The notes below the pieces were generated by a model. The model saw nothing but the letters and a program-made list of their open reading frames with translations. It had not been told where the DNA came from and did no database searches. Position numbers and translations under genes: made by a program. A stretch of 64,000 nucleotides of DNA from Mobula hypostoma (lineage: Eukaryota): the NCBI RefSeq assembly GCF_963921235.1, contig NC_086097.1, positions 119,104,001 to 119,168,000 on the forward strand. The letters are read 5' to 3'. Below, in pieces: positions 12,395 through 24,199 of the stretch; position 1 is the stretch's first letter; each line of letters begins with the position of its first letter.

Positions 12395-12825
12395 AATTCA
12401 CACATGAAGTGTTGCCTCACCTGGAAGGACTGCCTAGGGCCCTGAATAGAAGTGAGGGAGGAGGTGTATGGACAGGTGTAGGACTTAGGCTTCTTGCCAG
12501 GAGGGAGGTTAGTGAGCAGGGGTGAATGGGCAAGGGAATTATGGAGGGAGCGATCCCTGTGGAAAATGGAAGGGGGGGGGAGAGGTAAAGATATGTTTAG
12601 TGGTAGGATCCCTTTTCAGATAGCAGGATTTGTGGAGGATAATGTGTTAGGTGTGGAGGCTGATGTGGTGGTAAGTAAGAACCAGAGGAATTCTATCACT
12701 GTTAAGGTGGCGGGAAGTTAGGGTGAGCACAGTTGTTCGGGAAATCGAGGAGATGCAGGTGGGAGCAGCATCAATAGTGAAGGGAGGGAAACCCTGTCCT
12801 TTAAAGAAGAAGGACATCTCTGAGT
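12395..12825 (-). mobile_element. PLE ORF fragment (linker leading into GIY-YIG endonuclease) inserted in the ERV leader
   Basis: Minus frame …SLTSIQGPRQSFQVRQHFMCE, the segment that precedes the GIY-YIG motif in PLEs. Confidence 0.75.
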
Positions 12826-13110
12826 ATTATTGCACTCCATTGACTTGCACGTATTTAATCATTTTCATGCTCCAGCAGCTTGCAGATATTTAATTTTTAT
12901 AGATCTACTTTTTACAAAATAGCAACGTAGTAGGTTCCTCACTCCTACTTCCTTCCGCCGATGTATTGAAGCCAGAACTAGCCTTCTGTCAGAAAATTTG
13001 GAATTAGAGGAAGCTCTTACCACCTTTGTTTAGGTGCCAAAAATTTCCACTTCTCCAAGGATTCTTTCAAGTTCTGAAATCTTTTCATCATCATTAGCAA
13101 GTATGGATTC

Positions 13111-13485
13111 TGATGTTTTTAATCCATGGTTCTTTTGGAAGTCAAGAAAGAGGCATGAAAACTGTTGCTTCACAATCGTTTTATTAAGTGCTAACAGAAC
13201 AAATAAAATTGGATGCAGACAATAAAGGAGTAGAGCTTTTATAGGGGAAGGGAGAGAAGAAAGAAAGATGGTGATGGAACATGGTCAGCCCTTTTTATAC
13301 CCCATAGATAAGAAACATCGCAAATTTGTAGATAAAAGTTAACCATTCAGATAGCCCCTAGCCAAATAATGCAATACCAAGTGAAGCTTACAGTATCATG
13401 CAGAATTGTAACCATTAGGGGACACACTGAACAATTGCATATACAGTACATACTGTAACCATGAGAAACATACCGAACAGTTACA
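13111..13485 (-). repeat. ERV 5' LTR, U3 end truncated
   Basis: Collinear with 7085-7746 once the SINE is removed (shared TGATGTTTTTAATCCA, CCAAATAATGCAATACCA, CAGAATTGTAACCA, GAACAATTGCATATACA). Confidence 0.8.
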
Positions 13486-13502
13486 CGTACTGTATAAAGG
13501 TG

Positions 13503-13632
13503 CGAGGGGTGATTAATAAGTTTGTGGCCAAAGGTAGAAGGAGATGAGTTATTAACTTCAAACTTTCTGCATAATCACTCAAAGAGTTGAACTTCACATG
13601 CGTGTAGTGAGAGCTGTATAACTCATCTCCTG
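13503..13632. mobile_element. Mariner-like MITE fragment
   Basis: Begins CGAGGGGTG…; internal inverted repeat AGGAGATGAGTTAT / ATAACTCATCTCCT. Confidence 0.5.
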
Positions 13633-13669
13633 ACTTCATTTCCTATATTGATGTGATTTTGTCTATCAA

Positions 13670-14190
13670 GTTTAAGTTCAATTTTAAGATCATGTTTAAT
13701 TCTCATTCAATCATACACATGTATATAACTAAATGAAACAGCAGTTCTCCGGGTCCAAGGTGCAAAACGTAGTATATACAGACACATGCAGCACACAACA
13801 CATATATGATACAGTCAGAAAGTAATATTAGCACAAGTCCCTGAGTGACTTGGCCTGCAGACTGATGATGTACGGGATGTTGTCCTGGAGCAACATTTCT
13901 GCAAGAACAAGCATGCAGCAGTTTCTCATCTCATGCCACAGATGAAGGCGATCCAGCTTGTCTACCAGGGAGTGAACACTGGAGTGCAGTGCTGGCAGGA
14001 GAACCAGCATGCAGGAGCTAGCTATCAACCCAGCACTCGTTCTAGTGTTCCTGCTGCACCTCCTTCTCTCCCACACCACTTCCAGTGTTTCCTCTCCTGG
14101 ATGGCTGTAACAGGCTATGTCATTAGGGGCTTGTCTGTGCAACAACCAAAGCTACACAGTTCCCCCACAATGTCTTGCCAATGACCAATA
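13670..14190 (-). mobile_element. Internally deleted Rex1/Babar-like LINE (endonuclease N-terminus plus tail)
   Basis: Frame SLVDKLDRLHLWHEMRNCCMLVLAEMLLQDNIP resembles the APE N-terminus also seen near 22489. Confidence 0.55.
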
Positions 14191-14319
14191 AACTAGACTT
14201 ACAGTGTTTTGTACTACCAATGTCCAATAGGGTCTTGTGAACACTAGAAAAACAATTAAGACAAACCATTAATTGGATCAGGAGAGGCCGCTGTGGCCAA
14301 GCATGTTGCCCTATTACTG

Positions 14320-14647
14320 TAATGGATATGACCCAGTCTATCATGGGTAAAGGCCTCCCCGCCATTGAGCATTGTCACAGGAAAATGGCGTCCATCGTCA
14401 AGGACCCCCACCATTCGACATGCTCTCTTCTCACTGTTGCATTCAGGAATAAAGTACAGGAGCCTCAGGACTCACACCACCAGGTTCAGGTACAGTTATT
14501 ATCCCTCAGCCACCAGAAATGGACAACTTCATTCAAATTCATTTGCCCCATCATTGAAGTATTCCCACAACCTATGGACTCACTTTCAAGGACTCTTCAT
14601 TTCATGTTCTTGATACTTATTGCTTGCTTGCTTGCTTGCTTATTTAT

Positions 14648-14687
<40 letters not shown>

Positions 14688-14900
14688 TTATTTATTTATT
14701 TATTATTTCTTTCATTTTGTATTTACACATTTTGTTGACTTTTGAACACTCATTGAATGCCCAAGTTGGTGTGATCTTTCATTGATTCTATTATGGTTAT
14801 TATTCCTTTCTGGATTAATTGAGATTGCCTGGAAGAAACTGAATCTCAGGGTTATATACAATAACTTATATGTACTCGGCAATAAATTTACTTTGAACTG
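14320..14900 (+). mobile_element. Rex1/Babar-derived 3' fragment with compound (TTGC)/(TATT)/(TATC)n microsatellite
   Basis: HALFSLLHSGIKYRSLRTHTTRFRYSYYP; tail AATAAATTTACTTTGAAC. Confidence 0.7.
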
Positions 14901-15268
14901 ATCCTCCTCTCTTTGTTCAAAGACTGACCAGATATACTGTACATATTAACCCTCTTAATGATCAAGTTCTTTCCTGTCCTTTCACTGATGCTGAATTTTA
15001 TTCAATGGAACCTCTTCATCACACAATCACTTAAGATTTTGTCAGTACACGCTTGAACACTTTAAACCATTAGTGGGTACTTTGAAAGCTTTGCTTGCAG
15101 GAAATTCAACAGAGCATCAGCGACAAGACATTGAGTTTGAGGAAAATTGTGCTTTCATTTGAGTCAGAGCAGAGTTGATTGATCCTTGGGTTAGGGAGGA
15201 AGAAAGGTTGTGAAATTTTAGCGTTATTCATTAAAGCTTAGAATGAAAGGGCATCTTATTGGCACCTA

Positions 15269-15828
15269 CACTCAGTGGTCACTTTATTAGGTATGCCTGT
15301 ACACTTGCTCATTAATGTAAATATCTAATCAGTCAATCATATGTCAGCAACTCAATGCATGAAAGCATGCAAACATAGTCAAGAGGTTCAGTTTTTGTTC
15401 AGACCAAACATCAGAATGGAGAAGGAGAAGAAATGTGATCTAAGTGACTTTGACTGTGGAATGATTTTTGCTGCCGGATGGGGTAGTTTGAATATCTCAG
15501 ATCTGCTGTTCTCCTGGAATTTTCATGCATAACTGCCTCTAGAGTTTTCAGAGAATCATATGAGAAATTATGAAACATCCAGTGAGCGGCAGTTCTGTCA
15601 GCAGAAATGCCTTATTAATGTGAAAGATTAGAGGAAAATGGCTAGACTGGTTGAAGCTGACAGGAAGGTGATAGCATCTGAAATAACAACAGATTACAAC
15701 TTTGCTGTACAGAGGAGCAACTCTGAATGCACAACACATTGAATTCTGAAGTGAATGGGCTACAGCAGCAGAAGAGAACGAACATACATTCAGTGGTCAC
15801 TTTATTAGTTACAAGAGGTACCTAATAA
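15269..15828 (+). mobile_element. Tc1-like non-autonomous DNA transposon
   Basis: TA followed by terminal inverted repeat (TIR) CACTCAGTGGTCACTTTATTAGG; transposase HTH remnant KCDLSDFDCGMIF; homologous to 32566-33049. Confidence 0.8.
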
Positions 15829-17347
15829 TATCTCCATAGAGTGCGCTCTGAGGGGGTTGCAAAGTGGATGCCGATAGGTTGCTTCCCTGGATAGAGCATC
15901 CAGAATTTGGGGGGCCGGGAGCAGAGGTGGCACAGTTCCAAAATGAAGTGTTTCTGTTGTAAGGTGGACAGAAGAGGAATTTCCTTCCTTTGTGATTCAG
16001 AAGCTCTCGGAGCTGCAGATATGGAGTCATGGAACTTACTCAAGGTGAAGGTAGCCAGTTAGCCCAGGAGTATGTGGGGAGCATGAGAAAGTAGGTTTGA
16101 AGCTAAGGTAGGATCACGTGCAATCAGCTTATTAAACAGCAGAGCTAGCATAGGTAATGGGCCTCCGAAATCTTAGATTTATAATCAGATTAATTTATCA
16201 CATGCACGTTGCAGCATTCAGTGAGATGGGTTGTTTGTGTTAACAACCAACACACCCAAGCATGTTCTGAGGGCAGCCCACAAGTGTCATCACATATCCC
16301 ACAGTGCTATCCATAAACTGGTGGATTCTCCATCCATTCCACGAGATCAGAATGATGATAGAAATTCAAATTCAAGTTTAATTGTCATTCAACAATATAC
16401 ATTTACACAGCTAAACAAAATAGCAGTCTGCTGGAGCCAATTTGCAAAACACAGTTCATACAGTCACATACAGAACACCAAACATATATTTATGATAGAA
16501 CACCCAGTCACTAGAAGTAATATTAGCACACGTTCCTGGTGACATGGCCTAAAGATTGATGGTGCATGTGAGTTGCCCTGGAGCCATGTCTCTGCAGGAA
16601 CAAGTACACAACAGTTCTTCATCTCGCACTGGTTCAGCACACAAAAGTAAATCAATTTGTCTCAGAAATCAAAGTCAGGGAGAAATCAGAAGTTGGTTAG
16701 CTCACTCAAGATGCACAAAAGCATCTTCAGAGAGGCAATAGAGCTTGCTTCTGCATAAGGGACCTGAAGACAGCAAAGACACTGAGACATTTCCAAAAAT
16801 CTCAGCAGCAGGTCGGGGTGAGTGTTAAATGTTGCTCAGCACCTCACTGTCTGTTCTTCTCACATACTCAGGTCCTGGGATGAAAATCACAAGTTTCATG
16901 CAGCAGTTTATTTTTCATTCATAAGCTGGAATTGTGTAGCATGCACTGATTGAAGTAGTTATCTGTCACATCCAATGACAACAGAGAAACCTGTGCATGA
17001 GTGTTTTTAAAGTGGAGAAGTCTTTGCACCATTCTCTCAACTCAGAAGTCTGGGTCCCCTGATACAAGTAATCATAACAACTAGGCTCTGCCTTGATGGG
17101 AATGGATGACCATAACTTCTTATGTGCCTTGTCAAACCTCTCACTCTCAATGAAACATTGCAGTACCACGTTCCTGGTCGTCAGGTCTCACTGTTGATCT
17201 CATGCATCCAGTCTGCAAGAGCTGACTTTGCACATTGGGACAAGTATGTCCCTATCTCACCGGGGTAAGAGGCCTGCTGCCAGCCCTCATTATAATAACA
17301 TGATGCTAACTAATCCGGTTTCTGGTGAATCACTCTTTCATCTGCCG

Positions 17348-18241
17348 TGTTACATGCTCAAGGAGATCTGTTTTTTTTTGTGAGAATGATGTAATGGTCT
17401 TTTGGAGGTCACTTGATGTGATTTTCCCGCCAATGTGAGGTCATGTGATGACATGTGCCCCGTGACTATATAAGGGTCGACCCAGGTGATGCAGTTGGTT
17501 TTTGAGTTTGTAGATTTCCAGGTAGAGCGTACTGTATCTCCGTTTCTGTTGCGTGTTTGTTTTTGTGACGCAGTTTCATTTTCTGTTTCATTTTTAAAAC
17601 AGAAAGTGCGTTCTCTTACAAGATATTGTATTATTGGACAGGAAATTTGTGGCTGGAAGTGCCAATTTACTCAATTCTGACAGTTTTGAAGGGGAAGTGA
17701 AGAATTCATCGAAGTGAAGGATCGAGAGAGGTTGGCATCGTTTGGCAGTTTAATAAAGAATCAACCTTATTGAGCCTTCATTGGAGAGAACCTGCATTAA
17801 GATAACTCTTGCAAAAGGGCATTGAGTTCATGCAAAAAGATGCTTTCTCTCTCTCTAAAGGAAATTAAAGTCAGTCAATTTAAACTGTTTATTTTCGGCA
17901 TCGGGAGTCCTGTGGACAGAACCAGCAGTAAAGGTGCGTCTGTGAAGAAATCCTTCTCCAGAGAAGTCTCTCCCAATTGAATGTGTAAAACTGTTGGACT
18001 TCCGAAGTTATCGCTTTAAGAACTATATCTGACTGTATCGCTTTAAGAACCGTTTTCGCATTTAACGCTTTAAGAACCAGAGCCGAGTGGAGCTGGTGAA
18101 CGGCTGCGTACCTGTTAACCTCTGTTTAAAGTTTTCCTTTGCTTTTTTTTTTACCTTATCGTTTATACGTGTTTAATAAATGTTTGGTTGTTTTTATATA
18201 ACCTGCCTCGATTGATATTCATTGTTGCCGGTTACGTAACA
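17348..18241 (+). mobile_element. Solo LTR (Gypsy-like)
   Basis: Termini TGTTAC…GTAACA; TATATAA and AATAAA present; flanks GCCG/GCAG; similar to 41413-42260. Confidence 0.8.
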
Positions 18242-18759
18242 GCAGATTTATTTCCTCTTCTGTCTGGCTTCCGATAAATGGCTCAGTCACAGTCCTTGCA
18301 CCACTGTATGATCCTGCTTTTTAATTTAATTCCTAATTCCTCAAATTATTTCAGGAAGGCCCATCAAATAAATTATAAGCCCAAAACCATATTTTTCAAT
18401 TTGTTTTCTGGGGCTCCTGAACTAATTTTGAAAGTTAGAGATACCAAATAAGCAATACATCCAAGACCAACACCTGAAAATGTTGAAGATAATTATCAGG
18501 ACAGGCGACATCTATTGACAAGGAAACATGGTTGCCATTTTCGAATTATTCAACTTTCCTCAGAACCTCTGTACTGCATATTCTCCTGAACTCTTGTCCA
18601 TAACTGCTGGGAATACATAGCACAACATCTATAATATAATGTAATTGATATTACAGAGACAGTAATATCACTGTCTCTGTAGCCTTCAATCAGAATCATG
18701 CCTGTTGGACTTGAACTGATCCAGTCTGTGAGTACTCCTCCTTCACCCTACCTCAGCAA

Positions 18760-19140
18760 TTGACAATCAGAATCCAATTCGTTATCGATGATATAGGTCG
18801 TCAACTTTTTGTTTTGTGGCAGTGGTACAGTCTACTATATAAAATATACTATAAGTTACAATAAAAATACATTTTTTTAAATTATGTATGTAGTGCAAAA
18901 AGAGAGCAAAAATAGTGGGTTCATTGTTCATTCAGAAATTTGATTGTGAAGGAAAAGATGCTGTTCCTAAAATGTTGACTGTGTGTTTTCAAGCTCCTGT
19001 ATCTCCTCCCTGATGGTAGCCACGAGAAGAGGGTGTGTCCTGGATGGTGGGTTCCTTAATGACGGATGCCACCTTCTTGATGCATCACCTTTTGAAGATG
19101 CCCTTGATGCTGAGGAGGCTAGTGCCCATGATGGAGCTGG
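18760..19140 (-). mobile_element. Rex1/Babar-derived 3' fragment
   Basis: Reverse complement of the KxASIIKxPxHPGHxLFS…YRSLKxH segment seen in other copies. Confidence 0.65.
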
Positions 19141-19616
19141 CACACCTTCTTCCTGCATCTTCCCTTTCATCTAAGTAATGATCCAGAAAGTCCACTCCCT
19201 CCCTTTTCCCTTGGAATATCTCTAACACAAATCAGTGACTCTGAACCAAAACATTTTAAGCCAGAAACACTTCACATGCATGTCATGTTCCAGGGCAATC
19301 TTGTTATCCACACTCACACTTTCTGCAGCTCTAACTCACCAGCGATTCGCGTATTTATTTGTTAGCATTCTTTGATTTATAATCAAATTTACAGTAATTC
19401 AATATCTTTAATTTTGTATTAACTTAATTAATTAGTTATAGTCATTTAAATATTTATAGTTCTAATTTGGTTAACTCTTAATAAATGATTGTAAATTAAA
19501 ATTACCATCTCAACTTTTCTCTTACTTTGCATTAATTGAGGCATTTCTAACATTCATTCTTTTACTCTGCCTGCAAGTGTTCTTCTGTGCTTTTTAAGTT
19601 CCTGGGGCTTCCCATT

Positions 19617-20200
19617 GTCAGGCAGCATCTATGGATAGTTGATGTTCTGGACCAAGACCCTTCATCAAGACTGGAAAGGTAGAGGGAAGAAGCCTGAACC
19701 TGAATAAGGATGTAGGGAAAGGGGAAGGGGAAGGAGTACAAAGTGGCAGGTTGTAGATGAAGCCATTTTCAGGGAAGATAGTTAGATGGTGAAGAAGAGA
19801 TGAAGAGAGTAGCTGGAAAGTGATAGACGGAAATGGTAAAAGGCTAAAGAAGAAAGAATCTGCTAGGGCAGGAGAGTAGACCATGGGAGATTATGAGATG
19901 GGCAGGTGAAAAGAAGATAATGATAATAGGGAAGCTGATATGGGAAATGAAAAAAAGAGAATGTGGAGTAGGGCGAAATTATCAGAAGTTAGAGAAATCA
20001 ATGCCGTGCCACCATGTTAGTGGCCACCCAGGCGGAATATGAGGTATTGCTCCTCCAGCTTGAGAGTGGCCTCATCATGGCATAAAAGGATGCCATGGAC
20101 CGATATGTCAGAATGGGAATGAAATGTAGAATTAAAGTGGGTGGTCACCGGGAAATTCTGGCTGTTGGAGAGGACAGAGTGAAGGTGCTTGACAAAGCAG
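19617..20200 (-). mobile_element. PLE 3' end: GIY-YIG C-terminus plus terminal repeat with degenerate hammerhead (19636-19673)
   Basis: FVKHLHSV…PVTTHFNSTFHSHSDISVHGILLCHDEATLKLEEQYLIFRLG; minus strand cagtc-TTGATGA-agggtcttggtcc-AGAA. Confidence 0.8.
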
Positions 20201-20601
20201 TAAACCATAAGTTCCACCACTCTTTCTGTCGCAAGTAACTATGCATAAAATCTAAATAATTCAAAATGACATAAATACATTTAATGAATTTCTCAAGTTC
20301 CCTGCAGATACTGGTAATATTTATTAATTCAAACATTATTCTTAAAACATAATATTTTTAGAAGATTACAGAGTGTTGATAACTGAATCTCTTTCGAAGT
20401 TGTATTATAAATGTAACATAATAATCTAACATTTAACATTATGATGATGAAGGCTACCACAAAAAAACAACAACATCCATCATCATAGGACACCCCACTA
20501 CCCCCGCCACCATCCAGGTTCTACTCTGAATGCCTCTAAGGAAATGAATCTCAGGGTGGACATAGGTTGTGGAATCTCGGGGTAGTATACGGTGGCATAT
20601 A

Positions 20602-21022
20602 TTGGCTCCATCTGTCTAAGTAGACAATGGATGCACCTGTCTGGGGCGCAGACCTGGGTGATGAATATGGAGATCCTGGGCTTCCCAGATATCAAGATCC
20701 CCCTCTCGGCCTCGCAGATGTGGTCCAAAGGAATGGAAGCAGTATATTTGGCATCAGCTTGGCTGCAGGAGCTGCCGGGAGGTGACATGATATGTCATCC
20801 AACCACCTTAGGGGCTCCACTCTGGATTTGTGAGGGTTTACTGCTTAGCCTTCTCTTCTACAGAAGATACCCACAAGGCAGTGGGATCCGTAACCCTGGA
20901 TAGGGGCCCATACCGGGTACTGTCAGCCGGAGCCAGCTGAGCCCGGGACTCGTGTAAGGCAGGGTCGTCGCACCCTGTAGTAGTGACATATGGAGCCGCT
21001 ACCCACTACCCACTACCCACTT
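20602..21022. mobile_element. Unclassified GC-rich interspersed repeat with inverted termini
   Basis: GGCTCCATCTGTC (20604) versus GACATATGGAGCC (ends 20997); interrupts a LINE tail between CATATA repeats; homologous in reverse to about 39990-40280. Confidence 0.6.
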
Positions 21023-21883
21023 CATATACATACTTTGATAATAAATTTATTTTGCACTTTGAACTTTATTGAAGGCATTGTACTCTTGACAGGTGCATTA
21101 AGGATTGCAGGACTATGGAACATAAACGTTGCAGCCTGTACAGGGCCTTCAGAACACAATATTGAGCTGACCTTTTAACCTACTTTCAGATCAATCTCAC
21201 CCTTCCCTCCTACATAGCCTCCATTTTTCTATGCCTAAGAATTTTTGGAATGCCCCTAATGTATTATTTAAAATATCTCGAAAAACATTGGATATTCAGC
21301 CAGTCTTGCTAATGGTGTGGTGACTTATTGCAGACAGTCTCAATTGTTTCATTTCATCTGGAGTGGATTCAAGTCGTCCTTGATTCTGAGGACTGCCTAA
21401 GAAAAATAATAAGAATATCGGATGAAAATTCTTTTGTGATTGGACTAAAACTGTGTCACGAGGAGATGTAACTTGGAAATATAGCAGTCTTTCTTCCACA
21501 CAGCGTACCTTCAGGAGAGAGTCTGAGAGGATCCTGGAGAAACTCACTTTCCTGACACAATGTTTTATACTTCTTCAACACAAAGATAACAATAAAAAAT
21601 TAACTACCGTTTCCATTGTTATAATCACCAACTTAACATTGTTATAAAGCCAGGTGGATTTACAGAATTACATATTTACAATGGTAGCACATCCCAAGTG
21701 GAATAGCCTATTTGAATATTCAATACTGGTGTCTTTTGCAAAGATCAGATATCCAAAATATAGATGAGGGATTCTGCAAATCATAAACACAAGATATTCT
21801 GTAGATACTGGAAATCTAGAGTAAAACATACAATATACAGGAAAAACTCAGCAGGTCAGACAGCATCTATGGAAAGGAATAAA

Positions 21884-21921
21884 GAGCCAATGTTTCAGGC
21901 TGAGGTCCTTCATCAGGACTG
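21884..21921 (-). ncRNA. Minimal type I hammerhead ribozyme motif in a PLE terminal repeat (21785-21990); activity doubtful
   Basis: cagtc-CTGATGA-aggacctcagcct-GAAA-catt-ggctc: both core boxes intact, short stems I and II, stem III palindrome ACGT changed to ACAT. Confidence 0.6.
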
Positions 21922-22419
21922 GAATGGGAGGGGGAGGAAACCAGAATAAAAAGATGGAGGGAGAGGAAGGAGTACAAGCAGGACAGCTGTACTCCTACCC
22001 CACCCTCACCCAAAATATACCCCTTTTGTTACAGCATTGCAGGATGGGTCTGTGAGAATACAACTAACAAGTAAGAGTGACAAAACAGATTTGTCCCACA
22101 CTGTGTGTTAAATAGCAGGGATACACCTTTAACAGAGTGCTAATTGTAGCAAGAATATTATCAGTCTTCCTCCCCTGTGTAATTTCAATGGGCCAGAATC
22201 AAAATTATCGCGTTAAATTGTGTACAGCTTTTATCCCTTGAAGACTAGTTCTTATTTTAGTTAATTTATACTGTAATTATGCTATCTATAACTGGGGCAT
22301 GTTTGACACTTGATTTATACTGAGATAGCTCATCACCACACAAGAAATCACAGCAGCCTTTGGATGGAAAAGAAAATGTGAAAGAAAAAGTTTATACCCA
22401 GTGACGCCTGATGGGAATG

Positions 22420-23810
22420 GACTGGTAACCATTATAGCAGGGCAAATCTGCAGAATTGGAAAATAAAACTGAAGATCTTTGAGTAAGATTGAAGTACCAG
22501 AGGGACATCAGGGACTGTTGTGTACTTTGTTTCACAGAGACAATGGCTCATCCCCAGTATTGTAGCCACTGTGCTGCAGTCCAAGGGATTCAACTTCCAC
22601 TGCAAAGTGGACAACAGTGTCAGGTAAAGGCAGAGGCAGTGGCATTTTCTTCAGGATTACCTCGTTGTAATGCACAGAAATGACAGTTCTGTCTCAATCC
22701 AGGTCTCCTGACCTGGAGGATATAGTGGTCAGGTGTCATCCATTCTATCTGTCAAGGGGGTTTTCCACCATCATCCTGGTTGTAGTGTACTTTCTATCCC
22801 TGGTCAATATCAGGTAGGCACTAGAGGGGCTGATCACAGTGATCAGCTGTCATGAGACAGTGCACCCTGATTCCTTCTCAATCATTGTGGGATACATCAA
22901 TCAGACCAAATCGATGAAATCTCTGATCAACTACCACTAACATGTCTCCTGTGGAATCAAAGGAGCCAGCACACATCACCATCAATAATGCTTACTTTGC
23001 CATCCCAAGCCAGCATATTGGCAAGTTTGATCACCTAGTTGTACCTGTACTCCTGGCACACTAAGAACCATGGCACCAGTGGTGAGGACCACAAAGGTAT
23101 AGTCTAGGAAGTTGGAGAACCTTTTACAGGAATGCTTTGAATTGAAGGACTGAACAATAATCAGGGATTCATCTTTGGATCCGAATGATCATGCCACAGT
23201 TGTCACAGACTTCATCAAGACCTGTGTGGATGAGTGTGTGCCCAGACCTGAAGCCATACATGAACTGTGAGATTCACAGTCTGCTGAGGGCTAGAGCTGG
23301 GGCATTCAAGTCTGGTGATCCAGAAGTCCACATACAATATACAGAAAGCTCTCTTAAGAGTGAAAAAACAATTCAGAGTGAAGTTAGAGACGGAATTGGA
23401 TGCACATCAGCTCTGGCAGGGTTTGCACGCTATCATTTCTGACAAGGCAAAACCTTGTATTGAAATTGTGAAGTTTCACTCCCAAATGCTCAACGTCTTT
23501 TACAGACGTGTCAAAAGGGAAAAGAAAGCTACACCTGTGTGAATCCCTGCAGCATCTGGAGACCTTGGGATATCTACCTCAGAGTCCAATGTCTGAACAT
23601 CTTCAAAGGTGTTGAACCCTCACAAGGCATCAAGACCTACTGGTGTACTTGGTAGGGCACTGAAAACTTGCACCAACCAACTGGCTGGAATGTTCAAGGA
23701 CATTTTTGATCTTTCACTGCTGTAGTTGGAGGTTCCTACCTACTTCAAAAGGTCGACAATAAAATTGGTACCCAAAAAGAGCAGAGTGAGCTGATGCAAT
23801 GAATATTACA
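22420..23810 (+). mobile_element. Rex1/Babar LINE, APE endonuclease to start of RT, decayed
   Basis: YQRDIRDCCVLCFTET; LWQGLHAIISDK; RALKTCTNQLAGMFKDIFDLSL. Confidence 0.85.
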
Positions 23811-24199
23811 AAAAGAGCAAGAGAAACATGATTCAGGATTCAAGATTCAAGTTTACCTGTCACACATACATCAAAATATATGCTATCTGCATCAACAATG
23901 AACATACCCAAGGATGTTCTGGGAGCAGCCTATAAGTGTCACCACACAGTCTAGCACCAACATAACATGCTCACCCTTTTTGACAGAACACAACAAGCAA
24001 CAAAAGAACAATAGAAAAACAAGCCCTCTTGCTCCCTCCCAACCACACACATACACTGTTGTCAAACCTCAAGACAGTTCGTGTTACTCAGCCTCCAGCC
24101 TCCAGGTGACTCCGTTTCGCACTCTGTTGTGTGAACTCAGCTTTGCAGGTTCAGTGAGTGAGGACAGAAGAGACTCACTATTGAACTAATTATTTACAG

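Larger units (their letters stand above)
7085..13485 (-). mobile_element. Endogenous retrovirus, class I (gamma/epsilon-like), decayed and internally deleted
   Basis: Two same-orientation LTR homologues (7085-7881; 13111-about 13485), PPT next to 7881, RNase H and integrase motifs, env with LQNRMAL immunosuppressive domain. Confidence 0.88.

Noticed and set aside
13030..13110. Protein-like minus frame ESILANDDEKISELERILGEVEIFGT as an ERV accessory gene or host exon
   Set aside because: Short, no start codon or splice signals, overlaps the probable U5/PBS region.
16600..17340. Coding-looking unique stretch (ORF 16966-17169)
   Set aside because: No recognisable domain, stops in all frames, no convincing splice pair.
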